From contig NC_068992.1 of NCBI RefSeq assembly GCF_001194135.2, positions 19,487,165 to 19,538,319 of the forward strand: a stretch of DNA of 51,155 bases, written 5' to 3'. How positions within the stretch are numbered: the first letter of the stretch is position 1; each line of letters opens with the position of its first letter. Under the pieces are notes generated by a model. That model saw nothing but the letters and a program-made list of their open reading frames with translations. It was not told the origin of the DNA and did no database searches. Positions 25,552 through 38,206 of this stretch are shown here, piece by piece. Both the position numbers and the translations under genes were made by a program. This DNA is from Octopus bimaculoides. Its lineage: Eukaryota.

Positions 25552-27733
25552 AAATATGCTTCTGCAGATCTAATGCAAAAACGAAATAAATTATTATAAT
25601 CACGTCATATGTAAACGAACGTACGTTTGTCTTTGAAGCGGTGAAATTTATTGTAGCGTCTGTATAAATATGTATGTGTGTCAGTACGTATGTATTGGCA
25701 GAGAAAGAAAGGAACTGAAATGTAAATAAAACATTTAATCTCTGACTGAGGATAAAGCAAAACAGGTTCCTAGATATTTTAATGCAGAGGTTGATATGAA
25801 AACGTAATTCTCTGTGCGGCAGTAGTTTCTAAGAACCGCATATAAATATACATGTACTTAAACTTACATACACTCTCACGTACGTACATATATATATATA
25901 TATATANNNNNNNNNNNNNNNNNNNNNNNNNNNNNNNNNNNNNNNNNNNNNNNNNNNNNNNNNNNNNNNNNNNNNNNNNNNNNNNNNNNNNNNNNNNNNN
26001 NNNNNNNNNNNNNNNNNNNNNNNNNNNNNNNNNNNNNNNNNNNNNNNNNNNNNNNNNNNNNNNNNNNNNNNNNNNNNNNNNNNNNNNNNNNNNNNNNNNN
26101 NNNNNNNNNNNNNNNNNNNNNNNNNNNNNNNNNNNNNNNNNNNNNNNNNNNNNNNNNNNNNNNNNNNNNNNNNNNNNNNNNNNNNNNNNNNNNNNNNNNN
26201 NNNNNNNNNNNNNNNNNNNNNNNNNNNNNNNNNNNNNNNNNNNNNNNNNNNNNNNNNNNNNNNNNNNNNNNNNNNNNNNNNNNNNNNNNNNNNNNNNNNN
26301 NNNNNNNNNNNNNNNNNNNNNNNNNNNNNNNNNNNNNNNNNNNNNNNNNNNNNNNNNNNNNNNNNNNNNNNNNNNNNNNNNNNNNNNNNNNNNNNNNNNN
26401 NNNNNNNNNNNNNNNTATATATATATTAATACATGCATACGCTATTGTATACTAAATTTCTACTGTAAAAATAATACTAAATGGGAGAGTGATTTAGGGG
26501 TCAAGACACTTTTTTTACTTTACCATATAATGAAATCAATCCCAAACACCTTACATTTGCGAAGAGAATTCCTTAACCACATGGCTAAGCCTACAGGATT
26601 TTAACCATTATTAATTTGGTAATTGATTCCAGTAACCATAGATTTGGATCTCAAAAATTTATTGCTTAGTAAATTAGATTACCGCACCGGTTCTTTTGAT
26701 GGTAATCTATAATTGTAAATTTATCGAATTTATATTTGTGACTAGCTATAACTATATGTTATAAGTTACTATCAGATTTCACTCCTGAGTTTCAAATCTT
26801 AGCGTTATATTTCGACTATCATCTCTCCCTCTGCGTCAAAATGCTATAGTCCTTTTAAAGTTACAAATGATCAAGTCGATTTAATCTGTAGATTATATAC
26901 AATATTTAGATCACGCAATAGACAGCTTCCTTCATATCACACTATGGTATCCTATATATTGAGTCACTAAATTTATTCCATCACAGTTCCTGGAAAATGT
27001 AATAAACGTTATATCAAAGAATACGATTGATTATTGGGTGGAAATAAATATTATAAGGTATTTAATTATGTGTTCGGCTCTTTGACGAAATTCATATCAG
27101 AGGATTCTATACTATCTTATATTAATTTAACTAACTTACGTAATATTAGCTAATTGATACAGTCGGCCGTTCATTGGATACAATTTTCTCTTTAATTTGT
27201 TTCTTCACTCTAGTTTTCAATCCTGCGGATATCAAATTTGTTATTCATCTTTTGGGAGATTCGTAAGAAACATACCTGTAAATTATTCTCTTTGTACGCC
27301 TGTCTCACTATCTCCTTCTCTCTCTTTCTTTCTCACCCTCTCTCCCTCTTTCTATCTTTCTTTTCCCCTCTCCCTCTCTATCTTCCATCTCTCTCTCTCC
27401 CTCTCTTTCTAGCTTTTTCATACCACAAGTATTAAACGAACAAAAGGTTATAGCTGAGAAAAAGAAGCCCAGAAAAACATACTTCCACAAAACTCCACGC
27501 AGTATGGTTGTACCCATAATTTAATGAATGCAAATCGAATTTTTCTTAACAGTTCGGCCATGATTCCTCCGCAAACAAATATGTGGCATTCCATCAAACC
27601 ACACATTCACGTACTCATCCACCTATTCATCCGACCATTCATATATAATACAATCATATGCATTACGTTGCCTTCTCACGAAAGTAACTAAATTGGGGTC
27701 CAACGCTTGAAAATTATAAATTACATGTATAGG

Positions 27734-27870
27734 ATCAGGTGTGGCTGTGTGGTAAAGGTTCAGAATCACTGCGTGGTACCTTGGACAATAGGATTCTACT
27801 ATGACCGCGGGCTGGCCAAATCCTTATGAGTGGATTTGGTAGACGGAAACTGAAAGAAGGCCATCATGTA
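27734..27870 (+). mobile_element. SINE family A, truncated and internally deleted
   Basis: gtggctgtgtggtaa...gagtggatttggtagacggaaactgaaagaag. Confidence 0.8.
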
Positions 27871-28869
27871 TGTTATGTGTATCTCGACAGATATTCTATA
27901 GAAATTATAGCTAGCACAGATTTTAATGTACGTGCATGCATGCAGGTATGTATATATACACGCATGTGAATATACATATATATACTGATATATATTAAAG
28001 AAAATGAAGATGGTTCTGCGTAGATTTCGGCGTTGAGTATTCAGTTGTTTGGTGACTTGAAGTAACTCCCCATTGACTGTGCAGATAAGTAGTTGGACAT
28101 TCCAGACCCACTTGTTCTCGTATCGTAATTCACGGGCAGAAATAGCGTAACACTGAGTGTAGCAACGTTTGACTTTCGTATAAGTGATGCAATCCACCTG
28201 CGAGACTTAACACAGTTTCCGTCGACTGCTTTTCTCCCACAAGGGTTGGATAGACACGAGTTTGGGCTCAATGAAAAGAAAAAGCACTTCGACAATACTG
28301 CATACAGCGTGAACGAACAAGTAATTTTATGGGAACAAAGCGAACGTTATTAAACATTCAGTCGAGCGGCATTCAAATACCACACAACATAAAACCATAT
28401 TTCTATCTATCCATTCATCCAACCATCCCTCCATCAACATATACATACATATATATATATATATNNNNNNNNNNNNNNNNNNNNNNNNNNNNNNNNNNNN
28501 NNNNNNNNNNNNNNNNNNNNNNNNNNNNNNNNNNNNNNNNNNNNNNNNNNNNNNNNNNNNNNNNNNNNNNNNNNNNNNNNNNNNNNNNNNNNNNNNNNNN
28601 NNNNNNNNNNNNNNNNNNNNNNNNNNNNNNNNNNNNNNNNNNNNNNNNNNNNNNNNNNNNNNNNNNNNNNNNNNNNNNNNNNNNNNNNNNNNNNNNNNNN
28701 NNNNNNNNNNNNNNNNNNNNNNNNNNNNNNNNNNNNNNNNNNNNNNNNNNNNNNNNNNNNNNNNNNNNNNATATATATATATATATATATATACACGTCC
28801 GTATACGCACATACATACACATGTTTACGGAAACAGCAGCAGCTAAATTTTTTTTTCTAAAAGGCACTT

Positions 28870-29130
28870 CCCGTCACGACATTATTTGGGATTTGTTGTG
28901 CACAGGAAAAGTGCTTTGCAATAAATAAAAACCATGCTGTTGTTTTTTGAAAATATAGATAGGAACACACGTAATAATGGTAAATCATTCACATCAAAAT
29001 CGGTCAAGTTCAACCATAACAATTCTGGAATATTATTTGTCAATGATAGAAAAGAAACCCATGTATATCCAAAGAGGTCAGCTTCCTTAAAGATGTGTAT
29101 TTTTCGCATATTTATAAGATATGTAATATT
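28870..29130 (-). mobile_element. Degraded CR1/L2-like reverse-transcriptase fragment
   Basis: Minus-strand pieces KYAK..HIFK, LSLTNNIPELL (cf. ISLTxxxxKLL) and KQQHGF..QST (cf. QHGFRxxRST) occur in the correct order. Confidence 0.45.
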
Positions 29131-30615
29131 TACGGAAAGCTTTAGTGAAACCTGTAGATTCTCTACTCTAATTATTGAGTCTCACTTATACCAATACTTG
29201 GTACAGTTCACTCTGTTATCAATTTTGCAATTGAAAAAAAAAGCAAGGAATTGTTGGCATACACAATGTTCAGCTGACGAATAAAATATAAAAATTGTAG
29301 TGAAGATATACAAATCCTTTCTAAAATTCGACACGTAACATTTATTGCTGCTATCCTGAAAATTCCAGTGGTGGAACTTTCTTTTGTTGAGAGAAATCAT
29401 CTACATTATCGTTGGAATAATTTGTATAACTAAAATAATATAACATAAAAAGGAGCAAATATGTTTACTCATGTATACGTTCCTATAGACACAATGTAGA
29501 AATAGTAAAGTATCTAAAATAAAGACGTTTCTAAAGAAATACTAAATCTATTTACACATTAGTTTCACTATGTAACGCATAGAAACATAAAAGAGCAAAG
29601 TAAACGACAAAAGCAAACGAAAATTTCCTATCACATCATGTGTAAAGATTAAAATCCATTCGACAGGATTATTAATCACTTTACTGACAGTCTATTGTAA
29701 AATTATTCATTACAAGTAAGAAGCGCGTACCGAAAGTAAGTTATGTGACATAGATTATAGTTGATGAGGGATACACACACAATAATACCATTGTTGTTAG
29801 TTTGTGATGAGATCGAGATCAAATGAAACACACAACATGGCGTCGCTTTGTTTTAATATTCTCGAGTTGGTTTTTGTTTCATATGAAACCGAGGCTGTTA
29901 TTCTATTTAAATGTCAAAATTTGTAGTAGATTCTTACATACAAGAATTTAGTGTCCATTTTATACGATCTTGAGACAAACATGAGTGGATGTTAACTGTT
30001 AATGTGCCTGAATATATATGTCTGTCTGTAACTACGTGCGTGTCAGTATGTATATGTATATGTGTACAGATGTGGATATGCTGTTGTGTATGTGTCTCTG
30101 TATTTTTGTGTGACTGAGTGCTTATATGTATGCGTGTGTCAGCGTGCATGTTGTATGTATGCCTGAGAGCATGTGTATGTGTGAGTGTGTACGTATGGCT
30201 GGTGTGTTTCTANNNNNNNNNNNNNNNNNNNNNNNNNNNNNNNNNNNNNNNNNNNNNNNNNNNNNNNNNNNNNNNNNNNNNNNNNNNNNNNNNNNNNNNN
30301 NNNNNNNNNNNNNNNNNNNNNNNNNNNNNNNNNNNNNNNNNNNNNNNNNNNNNNNNNNNNNNNNNNNNNNNNNNNNNNNNNNNNNNNNNNNNNNNNNNNN
30401 NNNNNNNNNNNNNNNNNNNNNNNNNNNNNNNNNNNNNNNNNNNNNNNNNNNNNNNNNNNNNNNNNNNNNNNNNNNNNNNNNNNNNNNNNNNNNNNNNNNN
30501 NNNNNNNNNNNNNNNNNNNNNNNNNNNNNNNNNNNNNNNNNNNNNNNNNNNNNNNNNNNNNNNNNNNNNNNNNNNNNNNNNNNNNNNNNNNNNNNNNNNN
30601 NNNNNNNNNNNNNNN

Positions 30616-30616
<1 letters not shown>

Positions 30617-30659
<43 letters not shown>

Positions 30660-30665
30660 GCTGCT

Positions 30666-30697
<32 letters not shown>

Positions 30698-31202
30698 AAA
30701 CGACTGTAATTTAGTTGTAGTAGAATTAGTAGTAGTAGTGGAAAGAGTAGGAAAAAGATGACGATAATGATGATGATGATGACGACGAGCACAACGGATG
30801 GTGAGTGAGGAGCATAATGATAGTGGTGGCGGCGGTGGAGGAGAAGATGATAAAGCCGATAATTATGATGACGAAGACGACGACGATTATGTTGGCGATC
30901 ATGGAGATGACGACGATGATGATGATGATGATGACGATGATGATGATGACAATGACGAGGATGATGATCATGAGGATGATGCCAATGACGACGACGATGA
31001 CGATGATGATGATGATGTTGATGATTGTGATGGCAACCGGCGACGATGTCCACAAGAAGAAGAAGGAGAAGAAGAAGAAGAAGAAGAAGAAGAAGAAGAA
31101 GAAGAAGAAGAAGAAGAAGAAGAAGAAGAAGAACAACAACAACAACAACAACACCAACAACAACAACACCAACAACAACAGCACATTCAACAACAACAAC
31201 AA
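30617..31202. repeat. Compound trinucleotide array: (CTA)n,(CGA)n,(TAG),(GAT/GAC)n,(GAA)n,(CAA)n
   Basis: Seen directly. Confidence 0.97.
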
Positions 31203-31960
31203 AAGCAAATCTTGTTAATTAGACCGTTGTATTGAAATCGATCGTTTAGTTCTGTAGTTGCAGAAAATGCAAAACATGATGAAAGTGGAGATAAGTCCGG
31301 AAATTAACGGAATCTCGTTATTAAAGTATACACTGTTTGGCACATTCAGATATGCCATTTCTTTAAAAATATTTCCACCATCCTCTCCCGTGTCAGTCGT
31401 GATTACTATTAATCTACGATCATCTTACACGCACGTGCGCACACATGTATGCATACATGCACACGTTTATATAAATGTGTGTATACGCATATCATATATC
31501 AGCGTGTGTATATCTTCATACACACACGCAAACATACAAACACATACGCAGATATATCGCATGTGTGTGTACGTGTAAGTGTATCTGTGTGGTTGTTCCT
31601 ACCTTTTCAATTGTTAAGCTGTCTTACGGGTAGCGATGTACCCGATATATATGTGTGCGTGCGTGTGTGTAGATCTTCTCTATATATGTATATATATNNN
31701 NNNNNNNNNNNNNNNNNNNNNNNNNNNNNNNNNNNNNNNNNNNNNNNNNNNNNNNNNNNNNNNNNNNNNNNNNNNNNNNNNNNNNNNNNNNNNNNNNNNN
31801 NNNNNNNNNNNNNNNNNNNNNNNNNNNNNNNNNNNNNNNNNNNNNNNNNNNNNNNNNNNNNNNNNNNNNNNNNNNNNNNNNNNNNNNNNNNNNNNNNNNN
31901 NNNNNNNNNNNNNNNNNNNNNNNNNNNNNNNNNNNNNNNNNNNNNNNNNNNNNNNNNNNN

Positions 31961-32002
<42 letters not shown>

Positions 32003-32589
32003 TATAAATTTATATATATATGTGTGTGTGCGTGCATGACCACCACCACCACCACCAAATAGAGTCAAACATTTGTGGAAGAATCTCTGGAAGATTATCT
32101 CCAGACGCAAGCACCCAAGAATGCACAGATTGAGATGGATACAAGTTGGTGTATAACTCATTCATCGTAAGTTTATATCTCAAATAATAAATGGAAAAAC
32201 TAATTTCTGTGTGTCAGTGTTTCACACTTCGTTCCCCTCTCTCATTATTTATTGACAATCCTACTATTACTTATATTTGGGTGAGAGTAATACTAGGCAT
32301 AGAGACAATAGTAGACTGACGGTTGTGATGGTAATGGGACGATAGTAATAATATGAGCTGTAGTTGTGATAGAGACGGAGGTAACGGTGTTGATGGTCGT
32401 GGCGGTAGTGATGGTAGCTGAAGCAGTCCGAGACAATGGTGATAGTAACCGATGTGAAAGACAGTGGTGATGGTGGTGAAGGGGAAGGCCGTGAAATCAA
32501 AGGTATTGATGGTGGTAGCAGATAATTCAGACGAAAGATCACACTGTACTGGAACTACATGAGCCTTTTGATGGTACATTCCGGGGACA

Positions 32590-33680
32590 TTGCCATAAAT
32601 ATAACGGAGCATTAACACCCTCCACAGGTATATAAAATTTAACACCAATCTTCTTGCAACGGATGCGTTTCAAAATCAGCTCCATTTCAAGTGTTCACCG
32701 CTTCAAGAAAAGCTGTCATTCAATTTTTCCACCTGGCAGAGGTGGTTTTTACTTCATTTGGATCCTGTATACCAATACAGCCTAAATTACAGAAAAGAAC
32801 TGGCCCTTTGCTTACACAGATTTAGCGAAGCTCCATTTGCTTATTCTGTAATGATGCACTTAGGTGAGATGCTGTCCGCTGGAGGCAATGTTCAATATTT
32901 TGTGAAGCGAGTGTACAATGCAATATGTGATGATGGGAGAGAACGAGGGTTCATGGATCCTATAAGGATTCAGGCAGGTACATGGATCCCTCAGAATATT
33001 ATGTTTGAAACAACGACAAAAATAGCAGATGTCACAGATGACCTCAGCCTGGCACAAACAGGTGAATAGCAATATGGTGGACAGCACAGTAGATATAGCA
33101 GTAGAGGTACAAGGAGAAAAAAATACAGTAAAGAAAAATAATAATGTAAAGAAACAAAGAGAATGAAGCAGGAAGTATAAATAAAATGTAAGAAAAAATT
33201 GGGTGTTTCTCCATCTGCTATACAAGAGAACAAAAACTGAGAACCGTTTGAGAAACTGTATTAAGAGCTTGTGTCTTTTGTTAGAACCACATGATGTGGT
33301 TACATCCTTAGACAATATCTGTCATACAGCAATGACAGCAACAACAACACAGAGAAAACATGCTCTCTTCGATGCAGTTCAATGAGATCAGAGAGCGTCC
33401 GGTCGATTTGCTGGAACATTAATGTTGCACAAACGTAGATGTACATGCAGAACAAGCAAAACAGGGCCTATAAAACGACAACTTCTTCAAAGGATTTCTG
33501 GGCATTTCGACAAAGCTTTAACCTCTAGTGCAATGTTTCAACACAGACTAACATTTGAAGCAAGCATATCAACAGAGATCTTAACAGAAAACAAAGACGT
33601 CGTAAACATTCGGATAACGGAAGCACTTCACGTTAAAATCTAAAGCTTACTTTCAACAGTCAGCGTGAGCTGGATGCAGA
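32590..33680 (+). mobile_element. Penelope-like element fossil (RT C-terminus, linker and GIY-YIG endonuclease)
   Basis: INTLHRYIKF (cf. LNSLHPNIKFT), YRK..HRFSEAP, FVKRVYNAIC, a frameshifted HGYPQNI, then KRQLLQRISGH..SSAMFQH..ITEALHVK..TFNSQRE. Confidence 0.7.
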
Positions 33681-34630
33681 AAGCATAAAATGTTTCTCTG
33701 CATAGTAACACAATATAGCTAACCAGTTCTCGATACGATAACAAACGAATAGCACGTTCGAGGATTGATTTTCAAACCCGAGAACACTCACAGCACAACT
33801 CAACAATAAGAAATTATCCAGAAAGAAAGCTCTGCCTACAGTTATTCGTCAGTTAAATTGAATATATTTCCCTGTTTGCTCTCTTTCATTCCCAGCCCCT
33901 CTCTTTCTCTATTTATCAATCTGACTATCTCTTTGTCTATTTGTTCTTTTGTCCCCCCCCCTTCTATTCGTTTATCTTTCTACTTCTATAGTATCTTTGA
34001 AAATACCTATCTCCGTTACCCTATCTTCCAATACTGTGAAACATAAAATTATAAACCAACAATAAAAATATTTTGTGTTGTACTTTTCTAACATTTTTGA
34101 TATTTTCTCATTTAATTAATGTCGGTTTCGCCCACACTGCTGAAAGACGCATTAAAAATATTAGAAAAGTAACAATATACAATATTCGATTTGCTGTTAC
34201 TATAGATTGGAATGTTTCACAGTATCGAGGGATAGTGTGACAGAAATTGATATTCTATAAGGAAACTAGTAAAGCCCTTTTTAATTACGAGTCTTTAAGC
34301 TATGTTTCTGTGAAAAAATAGCCCAGGTATTCAGTCGCTAATGAAATCCCCAAAAAGGATGGAATATTATCCAGCTTATCACTCGCATTTGTGTTTAAGT
34401 ATGCGAACAATATATAAACTTTATACTCCATATAGTATTATATAGTATACGTCAGCATGTGCACATATATATGTGCGTAAAAGAAAGTAGGAAGCGTTAG
34501 AATTTTATCTTGAATAACCTGTAACAAATTTCACAATTACGATCCTCCATCGAAGTTAAAGGATCTGTCGCGCAAATGGAAACTTAATGATTTAAAAATG
34601 ACAGACCGGAAACATCCTTAATTATTCGCT

Positions 34631-34834
34631 TACCCGAGGGGGTGCTTATAAATTCCTAGCTTTGGTTAAAAGAAAATACAGGGGGTTCAGTTAATTCTGC
34701 TTTTACTCAATATATTCCCCTCTGATTCACACACTTATTACAGCGGTCCTTCAGTGTTTCTAATCCCTGTAAAAGGACTCGGAATGTCGGGCTTGCAGCC
34801 CTTAGATTCAGAAACTTTTCAGTACTCCCTCGTA
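34631..34834 (-). mobile_element. Mariner-derived MITE, copy 1
   Basis: Terminal inverted repeats cgagggggtgct.. and ..cagtactccctcgta. The minus frame LQGLETLKDRCNKCVNQRGIY matches the mariner transposase C-terminus. Confidence 0.8.
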
Positions 34835-34863
34835 TATCGACATTTATTAATTTGGATATCTGT

Positions 34864-35075
34864 TGGTGAGCTGGCAGACTCTTTGGCACGTTGAGAAAAC
34901 TGTTCAATTGCATTTTGTCCGTCTTTACGTTCTTAGTTCGAATTTCACCAAGGTCGCTTTGTCTTTCGTCCTTTCGAGGTCGATAAAATAGATACTACTT
35001 GAACAGTGGTGGTCGATGTAATCGAGTTACATCCTCTCCGGAAAATTGCTGGCTTTGTGCCAGAATTTTAAATCA
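34864..35075 (+). mobile_element. SINE family F (diverged)
   Basis: ggtgagctggcagactc...ttcgaggtcgataaaata...gtcgatgtaatcgag. Confidence 0.8.
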
Positions 35076-35192
35076 ATATATACTATATTATAAGTATCCC
35101 ATTTTTCCATATCTTGTACTACAAACTCAAATCTCTCCTTCCGTTTCCTAAGTTTCGAAATTATTTGAAACGATTATACTTGATATTTCTAG

Positions 35193-35261
35193 CTGCTCAC
35201 TGTCCTGGTACAATACAGGCTCCATCGATGGCTTCAGTTCAAATTCTTCCTGGACCAGTAG
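35193..35261 (+). CDS. Candidate 69-nt phase 1-1 exon (AHCPGTIQAPSMASVQILPGPV), or a terminal exon ending at the stop at 35317
   Basis: Acceptor gatatttctag, donor AG|GTATTA, an open frame, and higher GC than the flanks. No recognised homolog. Confidence 0.3.
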   Translation: MLTVLVQYRLHRWLQFKFFLDQ

Positions 35262-35732
35262 GTATTATATCGTATAACAATTCTTCAAAGAGTGATTATG
35301 AAATGCAACGTCATTGATCTGTTGAGTTTGATTTTACTTGTTCTTTGTATTTTTCTCTATTTTGAATCTGTTTTTCTTTGTTTTGTATTTTTGCTTGTTT
35401 TCAGCACACACGTCAGAAGCTCTGATATTGGCAGTACCCTAACCGGTTGGCTAGCTGGCTGACAGATTTGCAGCTTTGATAAATAGATGGCTGGCTTCAA
35501 GGCAAGACTACATTATCTGTCAAGTCCACTCATTCTGTTATTCTTCAATAGCGAATAATATTTTCATTTTTTTAAATATTTAACTGTGTCAGTAATTTAG
35601 CTGTGACCACAGTGGAGCACAAGCTTCCTAATTTTAGTCTATCATATCGAATCTAGCATGTATTCTAAAATGTTGGTACCTAAGCTAACAGTCTCTATAT
35701 CATAATAAATATAAATATTAAAATACTGATAT

Positions 35733-36132
35733 AGTGGCTGTGTGGTAAGTAGCTTGCTTACGAACCACATGGTTCCGGGTTCAGTCCCACTGCGTGGCAC
35801 CTTGGGCAAGTGTCTTCTACTATAGCCTCGGGGCGACCAAAGCCTTGTGAGTGGATTTCGTAGACGGAAACTGAAAGAAGCCTGTCGTATATATATGTAT
35901 ATGTATGTATATGTGGGTGGGTGTTTGTGTTTGTCCCACCGACATCGCTTGACAACCGATGGTGGTGTGTTTACGTCCCCGTAACTTAGCAGTTCGACAA
36001 AAGAGACCGATAGAATGAGTACTAGGTTCCCAAAGAATAAGTCCTGGGGTCGATTTGCTCGACTAAAGGCGGTGCTCCAGCATGGCCGCAGTCAAATGAC
36101 TGAAACAATTAAAAGAATAAAAGAGTAAAAGA
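35733..36132 (+). mobile_element. Near full-length SINE family A (least diverged copy)
   Basis: B-box-like gggttcagtccc, ccttgggcaag core, central TA/TG tract and a (GTAAAAGA)-like tail. Confidence 0.95.
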
Positions 36133-36762
36133 TATATATATGTATATATATATAATGTAATAGAGGAAAGGGATAGAAGAACTATATTTCAGTTGAATTA
36201 TGCATTGTCATGTTTTCATCTCCCTTCTGTTCGAAGGAAGGCGCGACATGTTGCCAAAAGGTGTGAGTATGGTAGATAAATAAGTTCAATATTCCACTCC
36301 TACACTTGATATCGATTGAGAACAACTTCCTTAACTCTAGACAGGCAAGTCTGATTAGTCCGTGCAGTGTACAGGAAAGAAATACAAGACACATAACTGG
36401 TACTTATGCATTATATAATCTACTCGTATTTCAGAAAGCCGGATCGTATTGATTACGTTTGCTTATAGGCTCTATTCTCTATTACGCAGCAAAATACGGC
36501 AGGCTCACTTTGTCAGCATTATAAGCAAACATACACACACAAAAGAGATGCAGCTCTATGCATGCATCAGCATGCCAGGTTATATGTATGCATGAGTCTG
36601 TGTGTCTCTGTGTGTGTTTGTGTGTATTTGCTTAATATATAATATTTGCGGTTGTGTGTGTTTGCATGATTTATAAGATTTGCGCTTGTGCGTTTTTCCA
36701 TAATATATAAGATTTGCTACTTCATGAGACCACTGGCGTCTTCAACATCACAACAGCGTATA

Positions 36763-36957
36763 TACGACGAAAATTTCCTGGCCTAAAGGGTTGGGAGCCC
36801 AAATTCCGAGAACGTCTACAGGACTTAGAAAAACTAAAGGAACGCTGCAATAAGTGTGTGACTCTGCGAAAGGAATATGTTAAATAAAATCATAATTAAC
36901 TAATCCTCCTATACTTTCTCTTTTATAAAGCCAGCAACCTTTCAGTACCCCCTCGTA
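36763..36957 (+). mobile_element. Mariner-derived MITE, copy 2
   Basis: Inverted homolog of 34631-34834. It encodes LQDLEKLKERCNKCVTLRKEYVK* and ends ttcagtaccccctcgta; the left repeat is partly deleted. Confidence 0.8.
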
Positions 36958-37699
36958 CAGGACTGGATTTAAACCATAGGGGGCCCGGAGCACATCAAGT
37001 GCGGTGGGCTCTTATATACAAGAATTAAAATCTTAGAAAATGACCAAATTTAAATCTCAAAACCCATATATTTCAAATAGTTGAATGTGATGAGTTAGTA
37101 GAGGAAGTTTAAATAAATTACTGAAGATGTCACTTCAGAGATAAACGTTTTCACAATTCAAATTTCGTTTTTAACACATCCACTTGCAGTGTTTGAATTT
37201 TGCTTCATTGTGAAAAGTACAATGAAGGAGAGAAGTTTTTTTCTTCTTTTAATATGAGTTACATATGTTTCAGAATGTGGAATAAGATAAAATGAGACAA
37301 AATTACGAAAAAGAAAAAAGAAATCATTTCCGTGGTTGTTGCTGTTCCAAAGGTATGATGATTTTGCGCGCGCGCGAATGTGTGTCTGTGTGCGTGCGTC
37401 TGTGCGTGTCTGTATGAGAGAGAGACAGGCAGACAGTGAGAGGTCGGGCAGTGACAAAAACGGGGTAATTCAAGCAGCTATTTTCGAAAGTCTGCTTTTC
37501 CAGTTTCCAGTAACAGTGCGTGAGGTACATTGAGTAACATTTATGGCAATTTTAACGAACGCAACCATAGCTATGACGATATAATGCTGCTACTGCTACT
37601 ACTACTACTACTACTTCTACTACTACTGCTGCTGCTGCTGCTGCTACAGTTACTACTACCACTACTCATAATAATGAAGATAATAATAATATAAATAAT

Positions 37700-38206
37700 T
37701 TATTAGGGATTTCATTAGAGAAGGCGAACAGAGAAAAAGATGACTCAAAGTAATGTACTACCCGAAGCGGAGGCTCTAATCTCTGCTGCCCAAGAGCAAG
37801 CATTAAGAACCAATTACATCAAATATAGAATAGACAACACATCAGAAAGTAATAAGTTCAAAATTTGTGGACAAAATGCTGAAACCATTTGGCATATTAC
37901 CATTGATTGCACGCCACTTCAAAAAATATGAGACGTTATGATATCATTGCAAGGATTGTCCATTGGACACTTTGCAATAAGTATGGACTTGGCAGAGCAA
38001 AAAAAGTGGTACGAATATTATCCTGACGGCATCATCGAAAAGGATAATGCAATGATCCCATGAGATTTTATGATTCAGTGCGACCATGAGATAAAGAATA
38101 GGAAACCAGAACTAGTATTACTTGCGAAAGAAAGCAAACGATTCTGGATCACAGATACAGTATGCCCAGCTGACAACAAGGTATGCGATATAGAAGAAAT
38201 AAAAGT
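37700..38206 (+). mobile_element. Fragment of a restriction-like-endonuclease LINE (R4/Dong-like)
   Basis: AAQEQALRT, zinc knuckle xKICGQNAETIWHITIDC, RYD (cf. RHD), WYEYYPDG, *DFMIQCD, RKPELV and ITDTVCP (PD-D endonuclease), with stops and a frameshift. Confidence 0.8.

Noticed and set aside
28934-29284. 116-aa plus-strand ORF
   Set aside because: Best explained as the antisense frame of a reverse-transcriptase fossil on the minus strand.
30798-31235. Poly-Asp/Glu/Gln 145-aa protein
   Set aside because: Several frames on both strands are open simply because the trinucleotide arrays lack stops, and there is no unique coding sequence.
33640-34200. Hammerhead ribozyme expected near the Penelope-like element; also CTGATGA...GAAA at about 40125-40160 on the minus strand
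   Set aside because: No core with properly paired stems II and III could be built by eye.
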